Shown: positions 37,456-49,151 of the stretch, in pieces
Layout: each line of letters begins with the position of its first letter
Numbering within the stretch: position 1 is the stretch's first letter
Notes under the pieces: model-generated
Databases searched by the model: none
The model's input: only the letters and a program-made list of their open reading frames with translations
What the model was told of the DNA's origin: nothing
Position numbers and translations under genes: made by a program
Assembly (NCBI GenBank): GCA_030679895.1
Contig: JAUXSN010000055.1
Coordinates: forward strand, 1 to 58,234
DNA length: 58,234 nt
Source: Candidatus Moraniibacteriota bacterium
GTDB lineage: Bacteria; Patescibacteriota; Minisyncoccia; Moranbacterales; UBA11712
Reading direction: 5' to 3'

Positions 37456-38865
37456 TTATAATCTCTCTAAAACCTTCACCAAAAGTCTCACTCCCACTCC
37501 AGACGCGCCTTTAGCGAGAAGTTCGTCCGGATTCACCGTATCGCGCGGACCGATATCGAGATGCGCCCACTCGGGAAATTTTTCTGCAAATTCAGCAAGG
37601 AACATCGCCGCGTGAATAGCGTCACCGTATCTCGGATTCCCATTTGAGCGCAAATTGGAAACATCCCCAAAAATTCCTTTGATATCATTTTTATATTCTT
37701 CCCAAAGAGGCATTGGCCAGACAGGATCACCGCTTTCTTCTGCCAAATCAAAAATTTTATCAGCAAGCTTCTTTTCTTTGGAAAATAAGGCGGCAGCGCG
37801 CTCGCCCAATGCCACTCCAGCCGCTCCCGTCAAAGTGGCTATGTTCGTTACTAATCTTGGATCATATCTTTCCGCATAACCATGTGCGTCGGCAAGAATT
37901 ATTCTCCCTTCCGCGTCGGTGTTCGCCACTTCGATAGTTTTTCCGGAAATTGTTTTTAGAATATCGCCCGGCCGATAGCTTTGGCCCGAAGGCATATTTT
38001 CCACCGCCGGAATTAGGCCGACAATTTTTTTATTTACTCCCAGTTTCGCCGCCCCAATTATCGAATGAGCCACCGCCGCTCCGCCCGTCATATCGAGATG
38101 CATATCGCTCATATAATTCTCCGGCTTAACATTCAAACCGCCCGTGTCGAAAGTAATCCCCTTACCAATGAGTATAATTGGTTTTTCTTTACGCGACATT
38201 AAGTATTCGAGAATGATGAACTTTGGTTTTTCGATCGATCCGCGCGAAACTCCTAAAATACCGCCCATTCCCAGTTTTTTCATATCCACAACTTCGAGCA
38301 CTTTCATTTTTATCGGCGTTCCTATGATCGCTTGTTTGATTTCATTCACAAGAACTTGTGGCGTCATGTCCCCTCCGGGAGTATTCGCAAGATCGCGACA
38401 AGCGTTTACTTCCCGCCCAATGATCTGCCCCTTTTTGATTCCATTTTCAATTGCCTTTTGATCTTTTTTATCAGCGACAATCAAAATTTCTTCCACAAAA
38501 TTCCAGCCTTCTTTCGGCTTTGTTTTGTAGCGAATAAAATCATAATTCGCCATTTCAAAATTCACCGCTACAATTTCGGCGACTTCCCCCGCTTTATTGC
38601 TGACCGATTTGAAGTTTATGTCATTCCATTCGATTGCGATTTTTTTCACCTTGTGTTTTTTCGCTTCCTGCGCAATCTGCCGAGCAAGAAGAATAAACTT
38701 TCGGCGATTGATATCTTTATCTTCCGGTGATTTTATCACTAACGTTTCCTCGCTATCTTTCCCAATCACAAAACGGCTTTCGGGAATTTTCGGATCGAAA
38801 GCAACTTTTACAAAATCTTTTCCTGATTCTTTTTTTTCGGCGACCGTTATTTTCATCTTTTTCAT
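37456..38865 (-). CDS. pepA: Leucyl aminopeptidase (M17)
   Basis: GKGITFDTGG, DMTGGAA, NTDAEGR, ATLTGA; start uncertain. Confidence 0.92.
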   Translation of the reverse strand: MKKMKITVAEKKESGKDFVKVAFDPKIPESRFVIGKDSEETLVIKSPEDKDINRRKFILLARQIAQEAKKHKVKKIAIEWNDINFKSVSNKAGEVAEIVAVNFEMANYDFIRYKTKPKEGWNFVEEILIVADKKDQKAIENGIKKGQIIGREVNACRDLANTPGGDMTPQVLVNEIKQAIIGTPIKMKVLEVVDMKKLGMGGILGVSRGSIEKPKFIILEYLMSRKEKPIILIGKGITFDTGGLNVKPENYMSDMHLDMTGGAAVAHSIIGAAKLGVNKKIVGLIPAVENMPSGQSYRPGDILKTISGKTIEVANTDAEGRIILADAHGYAERYDPRLVTNIATLTGAAGVALGERAAALFSKEKKLADKIFDLAEESGDPVWPMPLWEEYKNDIKGIFGDVSNLRSNGNPRYGDAIHAAMFLAEFAEKFPEWAHLDIGPRDTVNPDELLAKGASGVGVRLLVKVLERL

Positions 38866-38891
38866 CGTCAATATTATCATGGACAATTTCT

Positions 38892-38939
38892 TACCCAAGA
38901 GCTTAGCTCTTGGGTATTTGCATAGAGGTTTAACCTCTA
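38892..38939. repeat. Two adjacent perfect mini-hairpins between glyQS and pepA
   Basis: tacccaagagct-t-agctcttgggta (38892-38916) and tagaggt-tta-acctcta (38923-38939). Confidence 0.8.
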
Positions 38940-38948
38940 CAATACTGA

Positions 38949-40337
38949 TTACTCCTCAAGCTTCCCCTTCAAATATCCCGCCAACTCTTCAATCTTCACT
39001 CTCTCCTGCTCCATCGAATCCCGGTCGCGGACGGTGACGGCGTTGTCGGCGAGGGTTTCGAAATCGACGGTCACGCAATACGGCGTTCCGATTTCGTCCT
39101 GCCGGCGGTAGCGGCGGCCGATGGATTGGGTTTCATCGTATTCACTCATAAAGTGCGGACGGATTATATCCCAAATTTCATTCGATTTTTTCGTGAGTTC
39201 TTCTTTTTTCGAAAGCGGCAGAATGGCGACCTTAATGGGCGCCAAATTTTTTGGGATCTTGAGAACAGCGCGTACTTCAGTTTTTCCTTCCGCGGTCGGC
39301 GCTTCTTCTTCTCTATATGCCGCGCAAATTACCGCGAAAAATGTCCGGTCAATTCCAAAAGTCGGCTCGATGCAATGGGGAATGAATTTTTTCCCACTCG
39401 CCGAATCAGTGTATGTCATATCCTTACCGCTCATTTTCTGGTGCGCCAAAAGATCAAAATCCGTGCGATAGGCAATCGCGTGAAGCTCTTTCACTCCGAA
39501 CGGAAATTTGTATTCAATATCAATCGTTCTTTTGGAATAATGCGCCCGTTCCCCATCCGGAATATCATGCCAGACCAAGTCACCCGCGGCAAGTCCAAGT
39601 TCCGCATGATATTTTTTCATTTCAACGAGCCACATTTCAAATATTTCTTCCCAGCCGGTAGGAGCGATAAAATATTCAAACTCCATTAAATTGAATTCGC
39701 GCAGACGAAAGATAAACTGCCCGGGCGTGATTTCATTTCGAAAACATTTTCCCATCTGCGCAATACCGAACGGAAGCTTTCGACGCGTCGCCTGCTGAAC
39801 CTGATGAAAATCAACAAACATGCCCTGGGCCGTTTCCGGACGAAGATACGCGATAGATGAATGATCTTCAGTCGGGCCGATATGGGTCTTGAACATCAGA
39901 TTGAATTGCTTGGGTTTTGTCAGCTCGTTTCCGTCCGGACTCTTGATTTCATTTTTTTCAATCTGTTCCCACATCTGGTCAAGACTCATCCCCTCCGGCT
40001 TAATATCATGGTCTTCCAGTAAATGGTCAACCCGATATCGCTTGTGTGTCACTTTGTCCTCAACCAGCGGATCATGAAAACCCGCCACGTGCCCCGAGGC
40101 TTCCCAGACCTTGGGATTCATGATGACTGTTGATTCAAGCCCCACCATATCCGGCCGGCGCTTGACGAAAAAATCCCACCAGTGATTTCTGATATTGTTT
40201 ATCAGTTCCGTACCGTATGGACCGTAGTCCCAGGAGTTAGCAAGTCCTCCATAAATTTCCGACCCGGGGAAAACAAATCCCCTCCGTTTGCAAAGAGACA
40301 CTATTTTTTCCATCAATTGCTCGTTTTTTTCAGCCAT
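38949..40337 (-). CDS. glyQS: Glycine--tRNA ligase, homodimeric alpha2 type
   Basis: LCKRRGFVFPGSEIYGG, LRPETAQG, FRNEITP, RAHYSK, QDEIGTP. Confidence 0.97.
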   Translation of the reverse strand: MAEKNEQLMEKIVSLCKRRGFVFPGSEIYGGLANSWDYGPYGTELINNIRNHWWDFFVKRRPDMVGLESTVIMNPKVWEASGHVAGFHDPLVEDKVTHKRYRVDHLLEDHDIKPEGMSLDQMWEQIEKNEIKSPDGNELTKPKQFNLMFKTHIGPTEDHSSIAYLRPETAQGMFVDFHQVQQATRRKLPFGIAQMGKCFRNEITPGQFIFRLREFNLMEFEYFIAPTGWEEIFEMWLVEMKKYHAELGLAAGDLVWHDIPDGERAHYSKRTIDIEYKFPFGVKELHAIAYRTDFDLLAHQKMSGKDMTYTDSASGKKFIPHCIEPTFGIDRTFFAVICAAYREEEAPTAEGKTEVRAVLKIPKNLAPIKVAILPLSKKEELTKKSNEIWDIIRPHFMSEYDETQSIGRRYRRQDEIGTPYCVTVDFETLADNAVTVRDRDSMEQERVKIEELAGYLKGKLEE

Positions 40338-40436
40338 ATTATTTAGAAATAATTTTTAAAAACCACCTTAACGTGGTTTCTTATTTATACTATATCAAAC
40401 TCGAATCGTCAATTTTTTGGCTTTAAAATGGGCAAA

Positions 40437-41183
40437 CTACTTCCGGCCGCTCCTTAATTCAAACAAATTATGGATAACCTCGCATTGATTCACCGCCGCT
40501 TTCAAAAAGTCCAGAATATCCTGATCTATTTTTTTATCTTCCAGAAAAACCAAAAAAGTTTTGTGGCCGTTTGATCCCGTGTTTGAGGAAGAGAGGACGC
40601 AATATCCTTTTTCGCTGCATGATTTTCGATCGGCCTCCATTTCGGTCAGATCGCGATTTCCTATTTTGAAGTCTTCCGTTTTTATCTTGGGAGACGTCTT
40701 GACCCAATATTCAGAAACCGTCTGGAAATTTCTGGTATTCATTATGCGAACCGCTATCCAGTCTTTCCTGCTGATCGCCATTGCCATCCGGAGAATTTCT
40801 TCGATGTACTCTTTCATTTCTTTCCTGTTTTCCGGAGCCTTGAGTCTTTGCAAAAAAGATTTGATGAGAGACATCTGCACATTGATTTTTCCAAGGTACG
40901 CGAAAGTTTCCAGAAGCTCCTTTTCTCTTTTTTGATATTCTGTCTCAAGTTTTTGAATATCCCTTTCCTGTATTTTTACCGTTCTTTCATAAAGTCTGAA
41001 TATCTTCCAGGCAAGAGAAACTTGAACGAAAAGCAACACTGCCTCGAAGAGTTCTTCCGTCAAAAAAGAAAAACCTCTTTGAATAAAAAGAGGGGTGAAA
41101 ATAATCGTAACAACCAGAATAAAAAATACCAAAAGAAAAATATTTCTAAGATTCTCGATTCTGGGACGGCTGATAATGGCCAT
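40437..41183 (-). CDS. Hypothetical membrane protein (2 TM + coiled coil)
   Basis: Two N-terminal hydrophobic segments, then a charged helical region. Confidence 0.65.
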   Translation of the reverse strand: MAIISRPRIENLRNIFLLVFFILVVTIIFTPLFIQRGFSFLTEELFEAVLLFVQVSLAWKIFRLYERTVKIQERDIQKLETEYQKREKELLETFAYLGKINVQMSLIKSFLQRLKAPENRKEMKEYIEEILRMAMAISRKDWIAVRIMNTRNFQTVSEYWVKTSPKIKTEDFKIGNRDLTEMEADRKSCSEKGYCVLSSSNTGSNGHKTFLVFLEDKKIDQDILDFLKAAVNQCEVIHNLFELRSGRK

Positions 41184-41226
41184 ACGCAATCAATTTTTCT
41201 GATTATCTTTTCTAAATATACCGGCC

Positions 41227-41928
41227 TTACTTCAGTTGAAAACTGTCTATTATCTTATCAACCAAGTCGCACTTGTTTTCCATTACGGATGGACAGTTGC
41301 TAATTTTATCATACGCATAAACCGATTCGTTTTTTTCAGCTATTTTTGTTCCCGCCGCTTCGCAAAAAAGAGAATTTTCATTCTGGCATCCTTTTTCCAG
41401 TTTTTTCCATTCATCAGTCGAAAATTTCTTTATCGTGAGAACCACCTTCATCATTTCGTCAAAATTGCGCGATTTCATTTTCCCGCTATCCGGAAGATAA
41501 ATTTGCAGATATTGATCCGAAATACCATCGTCAATCGGGCTTTTTATGTATCCCGTCTTATAGGACCATTCGCCTAATTGCGCGGGTACAGTCAATTCAA
41601 AGTCAAGATTCTGATCGTCTATCTTCTGATTGGCAGGCTTTACCAGTTTCTTGGTGCTTTTCACTGCCGATACGGCAAAGGATTCATCGCCTCCCCGCGC
41701 TGCTTGAGCATTGATAAGCGACATTAAAAGTATGAGAAGAGACATCTCAAGAGCTGCCGTAAGGAGGATCAAGGAAACACTGAACCTAAAATTTTTTCTT
41801 TCTTTGGCGGATCCTTTTGTTCCTTGGGGCTTGGCTCGGAAACCGGAAAATGTTTTTCCTTTCCCTGCTGGCCGAACCGTTTCGCTTTTTGAAAGCGAAT
41901 TTTTTATTTTTTTTGTCCTCCTGGCCAT
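41227..41928 (-). CDS. Hypothetical single-pass membrane protein
   Basis: Basic N-terminus, TM VSLILLTAALEMSLLILLMSLI, Cys-containing outer domain. Confidence 0.65.
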   Translation of the reverse strand: MARRTKKIKNSLSKSETVRPAGKGKTFSGFRAKPQGTKGSAKERKNFRFSVSLILLTAALEMSLLILLMSLINAQAARGGDESFAVSAVKSTKKLVKPANQKIDDQNLDFELTVPAQLGEWSYKTGYIKSPIDDGISDQYLQIYLPDSGKMKSRNFDEMMKVVLTIKKFSTDEWKKLEKGCQNENSLFCEAAGTKIAEKNESVYAYDKISNCPSVMENKCDLVDKIIDSFQLK

Positions 41929-42014
41929 TTTTGTTTTTGAAAAATTAACATCTAGCTGAATTGCTTCGGCTGGCTACACTTTACCATATTGTCAAATTAC
42001 GGACAAGAGCATTT

Positions 42015-43298
42015 TCAGGACAGTTTCTTCATCAGCAGCGACTTTTGAGGGAATTTCCCCAGTAACCTAACAAAACAAACGTTCTTGCTCCCTCCATGGG
42101 CAGACCCGACTGATTCGCCTTTTTCGTTTTTTATCTCCTCTACTCGCGAAATAAAAATGTTTTTCGGGGTAATAATTTCAACTTTTTCACCAGTCTTAAG
42201 CGCATTATGCGCTTTTATTTTTTGCCAGCTTTTTCTATTTTTCCCGATAATTTCCCCTACAAATTGATAACTATTTTCCCGATGGGAACAGTCAGAATTA
42301 TTCTCCCATTTATCCTTTCCGAATAAAAACCCGGTTGAGTATCCCCGATTTGTCAGTTTATTCAATTCATTTTTTTCCGCCTTGATAATCTTATTTAACT
42401 CTTTTTCTGATTTTTTGCTTCCAATCGCGTCAATTACTCGGCGATAGGCTTTTGTTGAAACAGCCGCGTAGAAAACACTTTTTGTCCTTCCTTCAATCTT
42501 AAACGCATTTATCCCGGCCTTGGCCAATTTATCCAGATGCTCGATCAAACAAAGATCTTTGGAATTTAGAAAGTATGTTCCGTGTGAATCTTCTTCCACG
42601 GTCATAATTTTTGAATCATCCGCATATAAAATGTCCGTCCCGCTCTGCGGGACACCAAAGTTTTGCGCTTTGCACTTTGCTCTTTGCACTTTATATTTCC
42701 ATCGGCACGGCTGAACGCAGTCCCCCAAATTGGCGCTCCGATACCGCATCCAGCTGGATAGCAAACATCGCCCGGAAAGACTCATGCACATCGCCCCGTG
42801 AACAAAATATTCGAGTTCTATTTTCGGACACGCTTTCCTGATTTTTTTGATTTCTTCAAGCGTAACTTCCCGCGCCAGAACTATTCTTGACACTCCCTGC
42901 AACCGCCAAAATTTTACCGCTTCCGAATTTGTGGTATTGGCCTGCGTGGAAAGATGGATCTTGATTTTTGGAGAATGCTTTTTAACCAGGCTTAATATTC
43001 CGGGATCGCTGACGATCACCGCGTCGGGCTTGATTTTTTTTATAAACGCGAGATGTTTTTTTATTTCAGCCAAATGCCGCTGATGCGCATAAATATTGAG
43101 CGTAAAGTATATTTTTTTGTCGAGCTTTCGCGCCGCGTCCACCGCTTTTTTTAGATTCTTTTCGCCAAAATCATTGAGTCTTGCCCGAAGAGAAAAATCC
43201 GGATGACCGATATAGACCGCATCCGCGCCGAAGTGATAGGCATATTCAATTTTCTCAAGACTCCCGCCGGGAGCGACAAGTTCGATTTTTTTGACCAT
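42015..43298 (-). CDS. U32 family protein (TrhP/YegQ-like tRNA hydroxylation)
   Basis: ELVAPGG, GADAVY, HGAMC.S.SGRC, C.QPCRW, SKDLC, KIEGR.KS. Confidence 0.9.
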   Translation of the reverse strand: MVKKIELVAPGGSLEKIEYAYHFGADAVYIGHPDFSLRARLNDFGEKNLKKAVDAARKLDKKIYFTLNIYAHQRHLAEIKKHLAFIKKIKPDAVIVSDPGILSLVKKHSPKIKIHLSTQANTTNSEAVKFWRLQGVSRIVLAREVTLEEIKKIRKACPKIELEYFVHGAMCMSLSGRCLLSSWMRYRSANLGDCVQPCRWKYKVQRAKCKAQNFGVPQSGTDILYADDSKIMTVEEDSHGTYFLNSKDLCLIEHLDKLAKAGINAFKIEGRTKSVFYAAVSTKAYRRVIDAIGSKKSEKELNKIIKAEKNELNKLTNRGYSTGFLFGKDKWENNSDCSHRENSYQFVGEIIGKNRKSWQKIKAHNALKTGEKVEIITPKNIFISRVEEIKNEKGESVGSAHGGSKNVCFVRLLGKFPQKSLLMKKLS

Positions 43299-43314
43299 TA
43301 CGCAGAAATGATAT

Positions 43315-44127
43315 CTATTTCTTCCCTTTTATCCTCTCATTGTTCTCCAGAACCGATTTGATGAATTTCGGATCATATCCCGCTTTTTCGCTCGCTTTCA
43401 CGATCGCGTTCACGTCTTTCGGCAGGCATTTTCCGGAAAATCCCCGCGCGTCCGGGAAAACAGCCGAGAACATTCTTCCCATCCGCTTGTCCGAAAGCCA
43501 AAGCTCCCGAAGTTCTTTATACTCGACGCCAAAGGCCCGGGCAATGTTATAGAATTCGTTGCAAAAAGTGACTTTCGTGGCGATAAAAGCGTTTTCCATA
43601 TATTTCACCGCTTCGGCCGTCGTCGAATCGGTGATATAAAATTTCGCGTCCGGCCCCATCACCCTCACGAAAAAATCCGCAATCCGGGAAGCCGTTTCTT
43701 TTTCTCCGCCGATAATCTGAAAACTGTGGCATTTCATGTCTTTAGGGTGGGCGTATTTCCAAAAAGGAATGAAGTAACCGCCTTCTCCCATATATTCCGG
43801 AGAAAAACAGATTTTCTTGCCGGTTTTTTTCATGAGATATTCGGTCGTTTTCGGCGGTATGGTGCTTTTGACCAAAATTAGCGGAGTCCCGAGCCAGCCC
43901 AAAGTCTTTTCGATGATATTCAAATCGCAGGCTCCGTCCTCTCCCGTTGGAGTGGGAACGCAAATCACTCCCAGATCGCATTTGTTTATTTCTTCTTTCG
44001 AAGCCGAACCGGAAACGTTGGGATCATAATAGATCGTTTCAAAATTGTCTTTGAAAAAATCATAGACCCCTTTTCCGACATAGCCGTATCCGATAACGGC
44101 CACTTTCTTTTTTTTATTATCAGCCAT
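43315..44127 (-). CDS. UDP-glucose/GDP-mannose dehydrogenase family protein, lacking the C-terminal domain
   Basis: VIGYGYVG, ICVPTP, KSTIPP, SPE, KYMEN.F.ATKVTF.NE, GFSGKCLPKD; ends at 270 aa. Confidence 0.85.
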   Translation of the reverse strand: MADNKKKKVAVIGYGYVGKGVYDFFKDNFETIYYDPNVSGSASKEEINKCDLGVICVPTPTGEDGACDLNIIEKTLGWLGTPLILVKSTIPPKTTEYLMKKTGKKICFSPEYMGEGGYFIPFWKYAHPKDMKCHSFQIIGGEKETASRIADFFVRVMGPDAKFYITDSTTAEAVKYMENAFIATKVTFCNEFYNIARAFGVEYKELRELWLSDKRMGRMFSAVFPDARGFSGKCLPKDVNAIVKASEKAGYDPKFIKSVLENNERIKGKK

Positions 44128-44176
44128 AAATTTTATACTAGAAATTATTATATTAACTCGTTAATAATCTACCAGC

Positions 44177-45421
<1,245 letters not shown>

Positions 45422-45437
45422 TTATGTGTTATGTATT

Positions 45438-47378
45438 CTACTGTGCCACCTGCCCTTGATTCCCCACGCTCATATCTTCCAGCAGGTTCGAATCTTTTCC
45501 TTCCAAAATCGCTTCCAGCTTTTGTTTCGTGAAAACATCTTCGGCCGAAAAAACAGATTTTCCCAGCAAGTTAACAAACTTTCCAACCTGGTTCTGGTTT
45601 GGAATTACCCCGATTTGAAAAACGAGTTCGCGCGGATCAGTGAGAATTCCAATGCCGGCTGGCATAGTTCCGATATTCCAGACCAATTCATTGGAACGCT
45701 CGTTATAGCTGACATCGGCATTCTCGGGAGAAAAAACGTTTTTCCACTTTACGCCCGGAGAAAGAGCCATCGTCACTTTTGCGTCGGTCAAATCATTTGA
45801 GACATTCATCAGCTTGAGATGCATTGTAAAGGTCGTTTCTTTCCCGATCTCAAGAGGAATCGGCCCGGAATTTTTGATTTCCGAGTCGTTATAATATCCC
45901 TGGGATGACAAACCCAGCTTGGAATTCAACTTAACATTGATCGCGTTGCTGAAAACCATTTTATTTGATCCTTCCGGCGTGGAAATATCGATACTATCCA
46001 GCTTGGCTACCGCGTTGAAAGCAAAGTTCTTATTCCCTGAATCCTTAACCGGAATAATACTTTTTACCGGAACATATAATGATATCTCTCCTCCTTCACC
46101 CGGATTCAGCGTCTTGAGTCCCGGGATATCCGCTGCTTTCCAGGTGATAGTGCCGTTTGAAGAATCAAGGCTTCCCTTGGTTTGAGACATATCAATTTTA
46201 GCATAATCAAGAATCGGACTCTTGAATTCCTCCACCAACACGACGTCTCTCAAGCCAATCGTGCTTGTATTCAGATATTTGATCTTGAAGCCCAGAAAAT
46301 CTCCCGCGTTCACATTGATATTGTTTTTCTTGTCGTTAATGGTAAATTCAATTTTGATGGGAGAAGTGACGATCTTGATATTGCTTTCGGATTCGTTATA
46401 GGCGATGAAGTTGCCGTCTATTCCAAATTCACCGATAGCTATTTTGAATTTTTTAGTTTCGTTGTCCCGGCCGTCCAGCGTTCCGTTGAATTTTATCTCT
46501 CCGTCTTGTCCCGCTCCTAATCCGCCGACATACCAGACATTATTATCCTTTGACGGTATCGGTTCTGATGAAATATATGAGAATTCACCGGGATAATCAA
46601 CTTTTATTTTCAGATCCTGTATTTCTTCCTGTCCGCTGTTGCGGAATTTAATTGAGTACGAAACCAGGTTTCCCGCGACAACACTCTGTGGTCCGCTTGT
46701 TTCCAGAAAGAGCGGACTGGAGGATATGAAGATGCCTGTCTTGCTTTCGGTCTTGAATTTCGAGCTGAAATTGGAAGAACTGTATTCTAAGGAAACATCT
46801 ACATAAACAAGAAGATCCTTGGGGCCGAAAAACTTGCCCTTGAGAACCACTTTTCCGCTATCGCGGCCGTTTACCGTCCCAACGTTATATTTTCTTGAGT
46901 TCGGACCTTCGGATTCAAAGCCCAAAGCTTCTTCCGGCTTGAAATTCTCCGGAAAGTTGATATGGAGCACCGCCTCCCGGAGAGACGCCCGATTGAGATT
47001 CTGATAATCGATATCAAAAGAAACCAAATCGCCGCTTTGGACTTTTTGCGGACCGGAAATAGAAAGCTTGACCTGGTCTTCCGAAAAGGAAGTTTTTCTG
47101 ATCACGATTGCGGCCCAAACCAATCCCGTTGCGACTATCAGGCCGACGGCCGACAGGAGGGCGATTTTTTTGATTTTCTTTCTTTTTTCTCTTTTCTTTT
47201 CTTCATCTTCCTTGATCCAAACCGCGTTTGCTTCGTTTTTTTTCGCTTCAAAAGACGCCGGAGCAAATGGATTTTCCTCGGCCTCGTGCGGGTCGACCGC
47301 GCCGTAGCTCAACGCCCGTTTCCTTCCCTGATTTTCCTCTCGGCGATAAATTTTTCTTTCAACATCCCGAAGAGACAT
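45438..47378 (-). CDS. Membrane-anchored protein with tandem Ig-like (DUF11-like) domains
   Basis: Charged N-terminus, TM IALLSAVGLIVATGLVWAAIVI, repeated G..V.Y.I.Y.N.G...L.D..I...P beta domains; start taken at MSLRD. Confidence 0.75.
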   Translation of the reverse strand: MSLRDVERKIYRREENQGRKRALSYGAVDPHEAEENPFAPASFEAKKNEANAVWIKEDEEKKREKRKKIKKIALLSAVGLIVATGLVWAAIVIRKTSFSEDQVKLSISGPQKVQSGDLVSFDIDYQNLNRASLREAVLHINFPENFKPEEALGFESEGPNSRKYNVGTVNGRDSGKVVLKGKFFGPKDLLVYVDVSLEYSSSNFSSKFKTESKTGIFISSSPLFLETSGPQSVVAGNLVSYSIKFRNSGQEEIQDLKIKVDYPGEFSYISSEPIPSKDNNVWYVGGLGAGQDGEIKFNGTLDGRDNETKKFKIAIGEFGIDGNFIAYNESESNIKIVTSPIKIEFTINDKKNNINVNAGDFLGFKIKYLNTSTIGLRDVVLVEEFKSPILDYAKIDMSQTKGSLDSSNGTITWKAADIPGLKTLNPGEGGEISLYVPVKSIIPVKDSGNKNFAFNAVAKLDSIDISTPEGSNKMVFSNAINVKLNSKLGLSSQGYYNDSEIKNSGPIPLEIGKETTFTMHLKLMNVSNDLTDAKVTMALSPGVKWKNVFSPENADVSYNERSNELVWNIGTMPAGIGILTDPRELVFQIGVIPNQNQVGKFVNLLGKSVFSAEDVFTKQKLEAILEGKDSNLLEDMSVGNQGQVAQ

Positions 47379-47420
47379 TAGCTTGATTTTACAACAATTC
47401 AGCGAAGACCGCAAACATTT

Positions 47421-48140
47421 TTACGTGAAATAGAATCTCAAGAAAATTTCTTTTATCTTCTCAAGCCCCCGCAGCTCTTCTCCAGCTACCCTTATTTTCA
47501 CGATTCTAATCAGCGGATTCGCCAAAAAAAGCCGCAGAAGCTTGATCTGGCTATCTGAAATATCGAAAAGCCCTTTTTTTTCCAGCGCGCATTGCGGACA
47601 AACGACCCCTCCTTTTTCAACGGCAAAGAAGTTTTTTTTCTCTTTTTTGAGGCTGGTCCCGCAATTCACGCATCTGGCCGCTTCCGGCCTTTGCCCCAGC
47701 CGGTCAAACAGCTTCCACCAAAAAGCGAGGATTATCAATTTTTCTTTTTCTCCCCCGTTTTTGTTTCTTTCTCCGTCCAGCACTTTCAAAAATTCGCTTA
47801 GCAAATCAAATGTTTTTTTATCCTTCTCGCCTTCGCTGAAAATTCTGGAAAAAAATTTGAAAACGCCGATGACCGCCTGCAATTTCCCCAAACTGCTTTT
47901 TATCCCATCGAAATTGGAAATCGTTATCGCGCTCGCGATCTGGCCCCGCCCCCGCGCTTTCGCTATGTACACTTCGGACAAGGTTCCCGGCTCCAGATGC
48001 CCGGCCAGTTTCGCCGCCGGCTTTCTCACTCCCCGCCCAATGGCCTTCACTAATCCTGATTCCAAAGTATACATTATATAGATGCGGTCGAATTCCCCGA
48101 CATCATAATGGGATAAAATTATCGCCGTGTATTTTTGCAT
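47421..48140 (-). CDS. recO: DNA repair protein RecO
   Basis: GEFDRIY.MYT...G.VKA..RGVRK, CxxC...GGVVCxxC zinc finger. Confidence 0.92.
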   Translation of the reverse strand: MQKYTAIILSHYDVGEFDRIYIMYTLESGLVKAIGRGVRKPAAKLAGHLEPGTLSEVYIAKARGRGQIASAITISNFDGIKSSLGKLQAVIGVFKFFSRIFSEGEKDKKTFDLLSEFLKVLDGERNKNGGEKEKLIILAFWWKLFDRLGQRPEAARCVNCGTSLKKEKKNFFAVEKGGVVCPQCALEKKGLFDISDSQIKLLRLFLANPLIRIVKIRVAGEELRGLEKIKEIFLRFYFT

Positions 48141-48238
48141 GATTCAAGCATAGCAAAAAATCCCCACAAAAGAAAAACGCCGCGGAGTGTAAACACACAC
48201 CTCGCGGCTTGAAAATTCTTGTCATGATTGACCCCCCG

Positions 48239-48535
48239 CTATTGTACTTCCTTGCATTTTTTGCATCGCCGCAGTGATAGAGGCGGAAAAGAAAGATTCC
48301 CTCCTCCGATTCCATCAAAGCGGAAACCATACCATGGATCGCGATCCAAAAGTATTTGCTCCAGCGTCAGTAATGGCTCGAATTCGGTACCCCCACAGCT
48401 CAAGCACTTAGCGGGCTCCATTAGCCATTTCCGGAATTTTTCGCTCGGCCCGGACTTTAAAAAGACGTAAAACCAAAGAGCAAACATCCCGAGAACAATA
48501 AAATATCCAACTACCTCTTTTAGCGTCAGTGTCAT
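48239..48535 (-). CDS. Small TM + zinc-ribbon hypothetical protein
   Basis: SD GAGGAGG; TM; CLSC ... CKKC. Confidence 0.65.
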   Translation of the reverse strand: MTLTLKEVVGYFIVLGMFALWFYVFLKSGPSEKFRKWLMEPAKCLSCGGTEFEPLLTLEQILLDRDPWYGFRFDGIGGGNLSFPPLSLRRCKKCKEVQ

Positions 48536-48559
48536 AGTTTTCCTCCTCGGCAGCGCCGG

Positions 48560-48790
48560 TCAAAGTTGTTCTTTTCTCATCATCCACCAGATCCCAATTG
48601 CCAGAAAAAAGACAGCAACTAGGAAGCTTAGGCAGAAAAATATAAATTGATCGCGAGTGGAAAGGCCGATGAAGTAGGAAATTGTCCATCCGCTAAACCA
48701 AATAATTACACAAAACACGCCCAGAAGCGCTTCACTCCTTGTGATCTTATGCTCCTTCTTTGTCTCGTCGCCTTCTAACGCTTGCTTCAT
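48560..48790 (-). CDS. Small two-TM hypothetical protein
   Basis: SD GAGGAGGTG; two hydrophobic helices. Confidence 0.6.
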   Translation of the reverse strand: MKQALEGDETKKEHKITRSEALLGVFCVIIWFSGWTISYFIGLSTRDQFIFFCLSFLVAVFFLAIGIWWMMRKEQL

Positions 48791-48860
48791 CAGCCATCAC
48801 CTCCTCCTCATCACCATTCCGAGATATCCTACCTGGATACACATTTCCCCTCCTTCACTT

Positions 48861-49151
48861 TCAGGCAATGCATTCAAAGCCGGTATGGTTTTTTGGTTTG
48901 TCTTCCGGAATCGAATGCACTGGTTTGCACCAGCACGGATAGCGCCGAAATAAAAAACGGTCAACCCGCCACATAATAAGGGCTATGATGATTATTCCCG
49001 CGACAACAACTTTCTCCTTGATTTCATGAGGCACACGATGAGAAACATCAACAAGCGCCCACAAAACCAGTGCTACGAGCAAAAATCCCTCGATCAAGTT
49101 GAGGCTCGTGGAACATACTAGGCAATGCGTCTTACTCTTCTTGTCGGTCAT
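48861..49151 (-). CDS. Small two-TM hypothetical protein with Cys motifs
   Basis: SD-like GAGGGAG; CLVC, two TMs, CWC. Confidence 0.6.
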   Translation of the reverse strand: MTDKKSKTHCLVCSTSLNLIEGFLLVALVLWALVDVSHRVPHEIKEKVVVAGIIIIALIMWRVDRFLFRRYPCWCKPVHSIPEDKPKNHTGFECIA

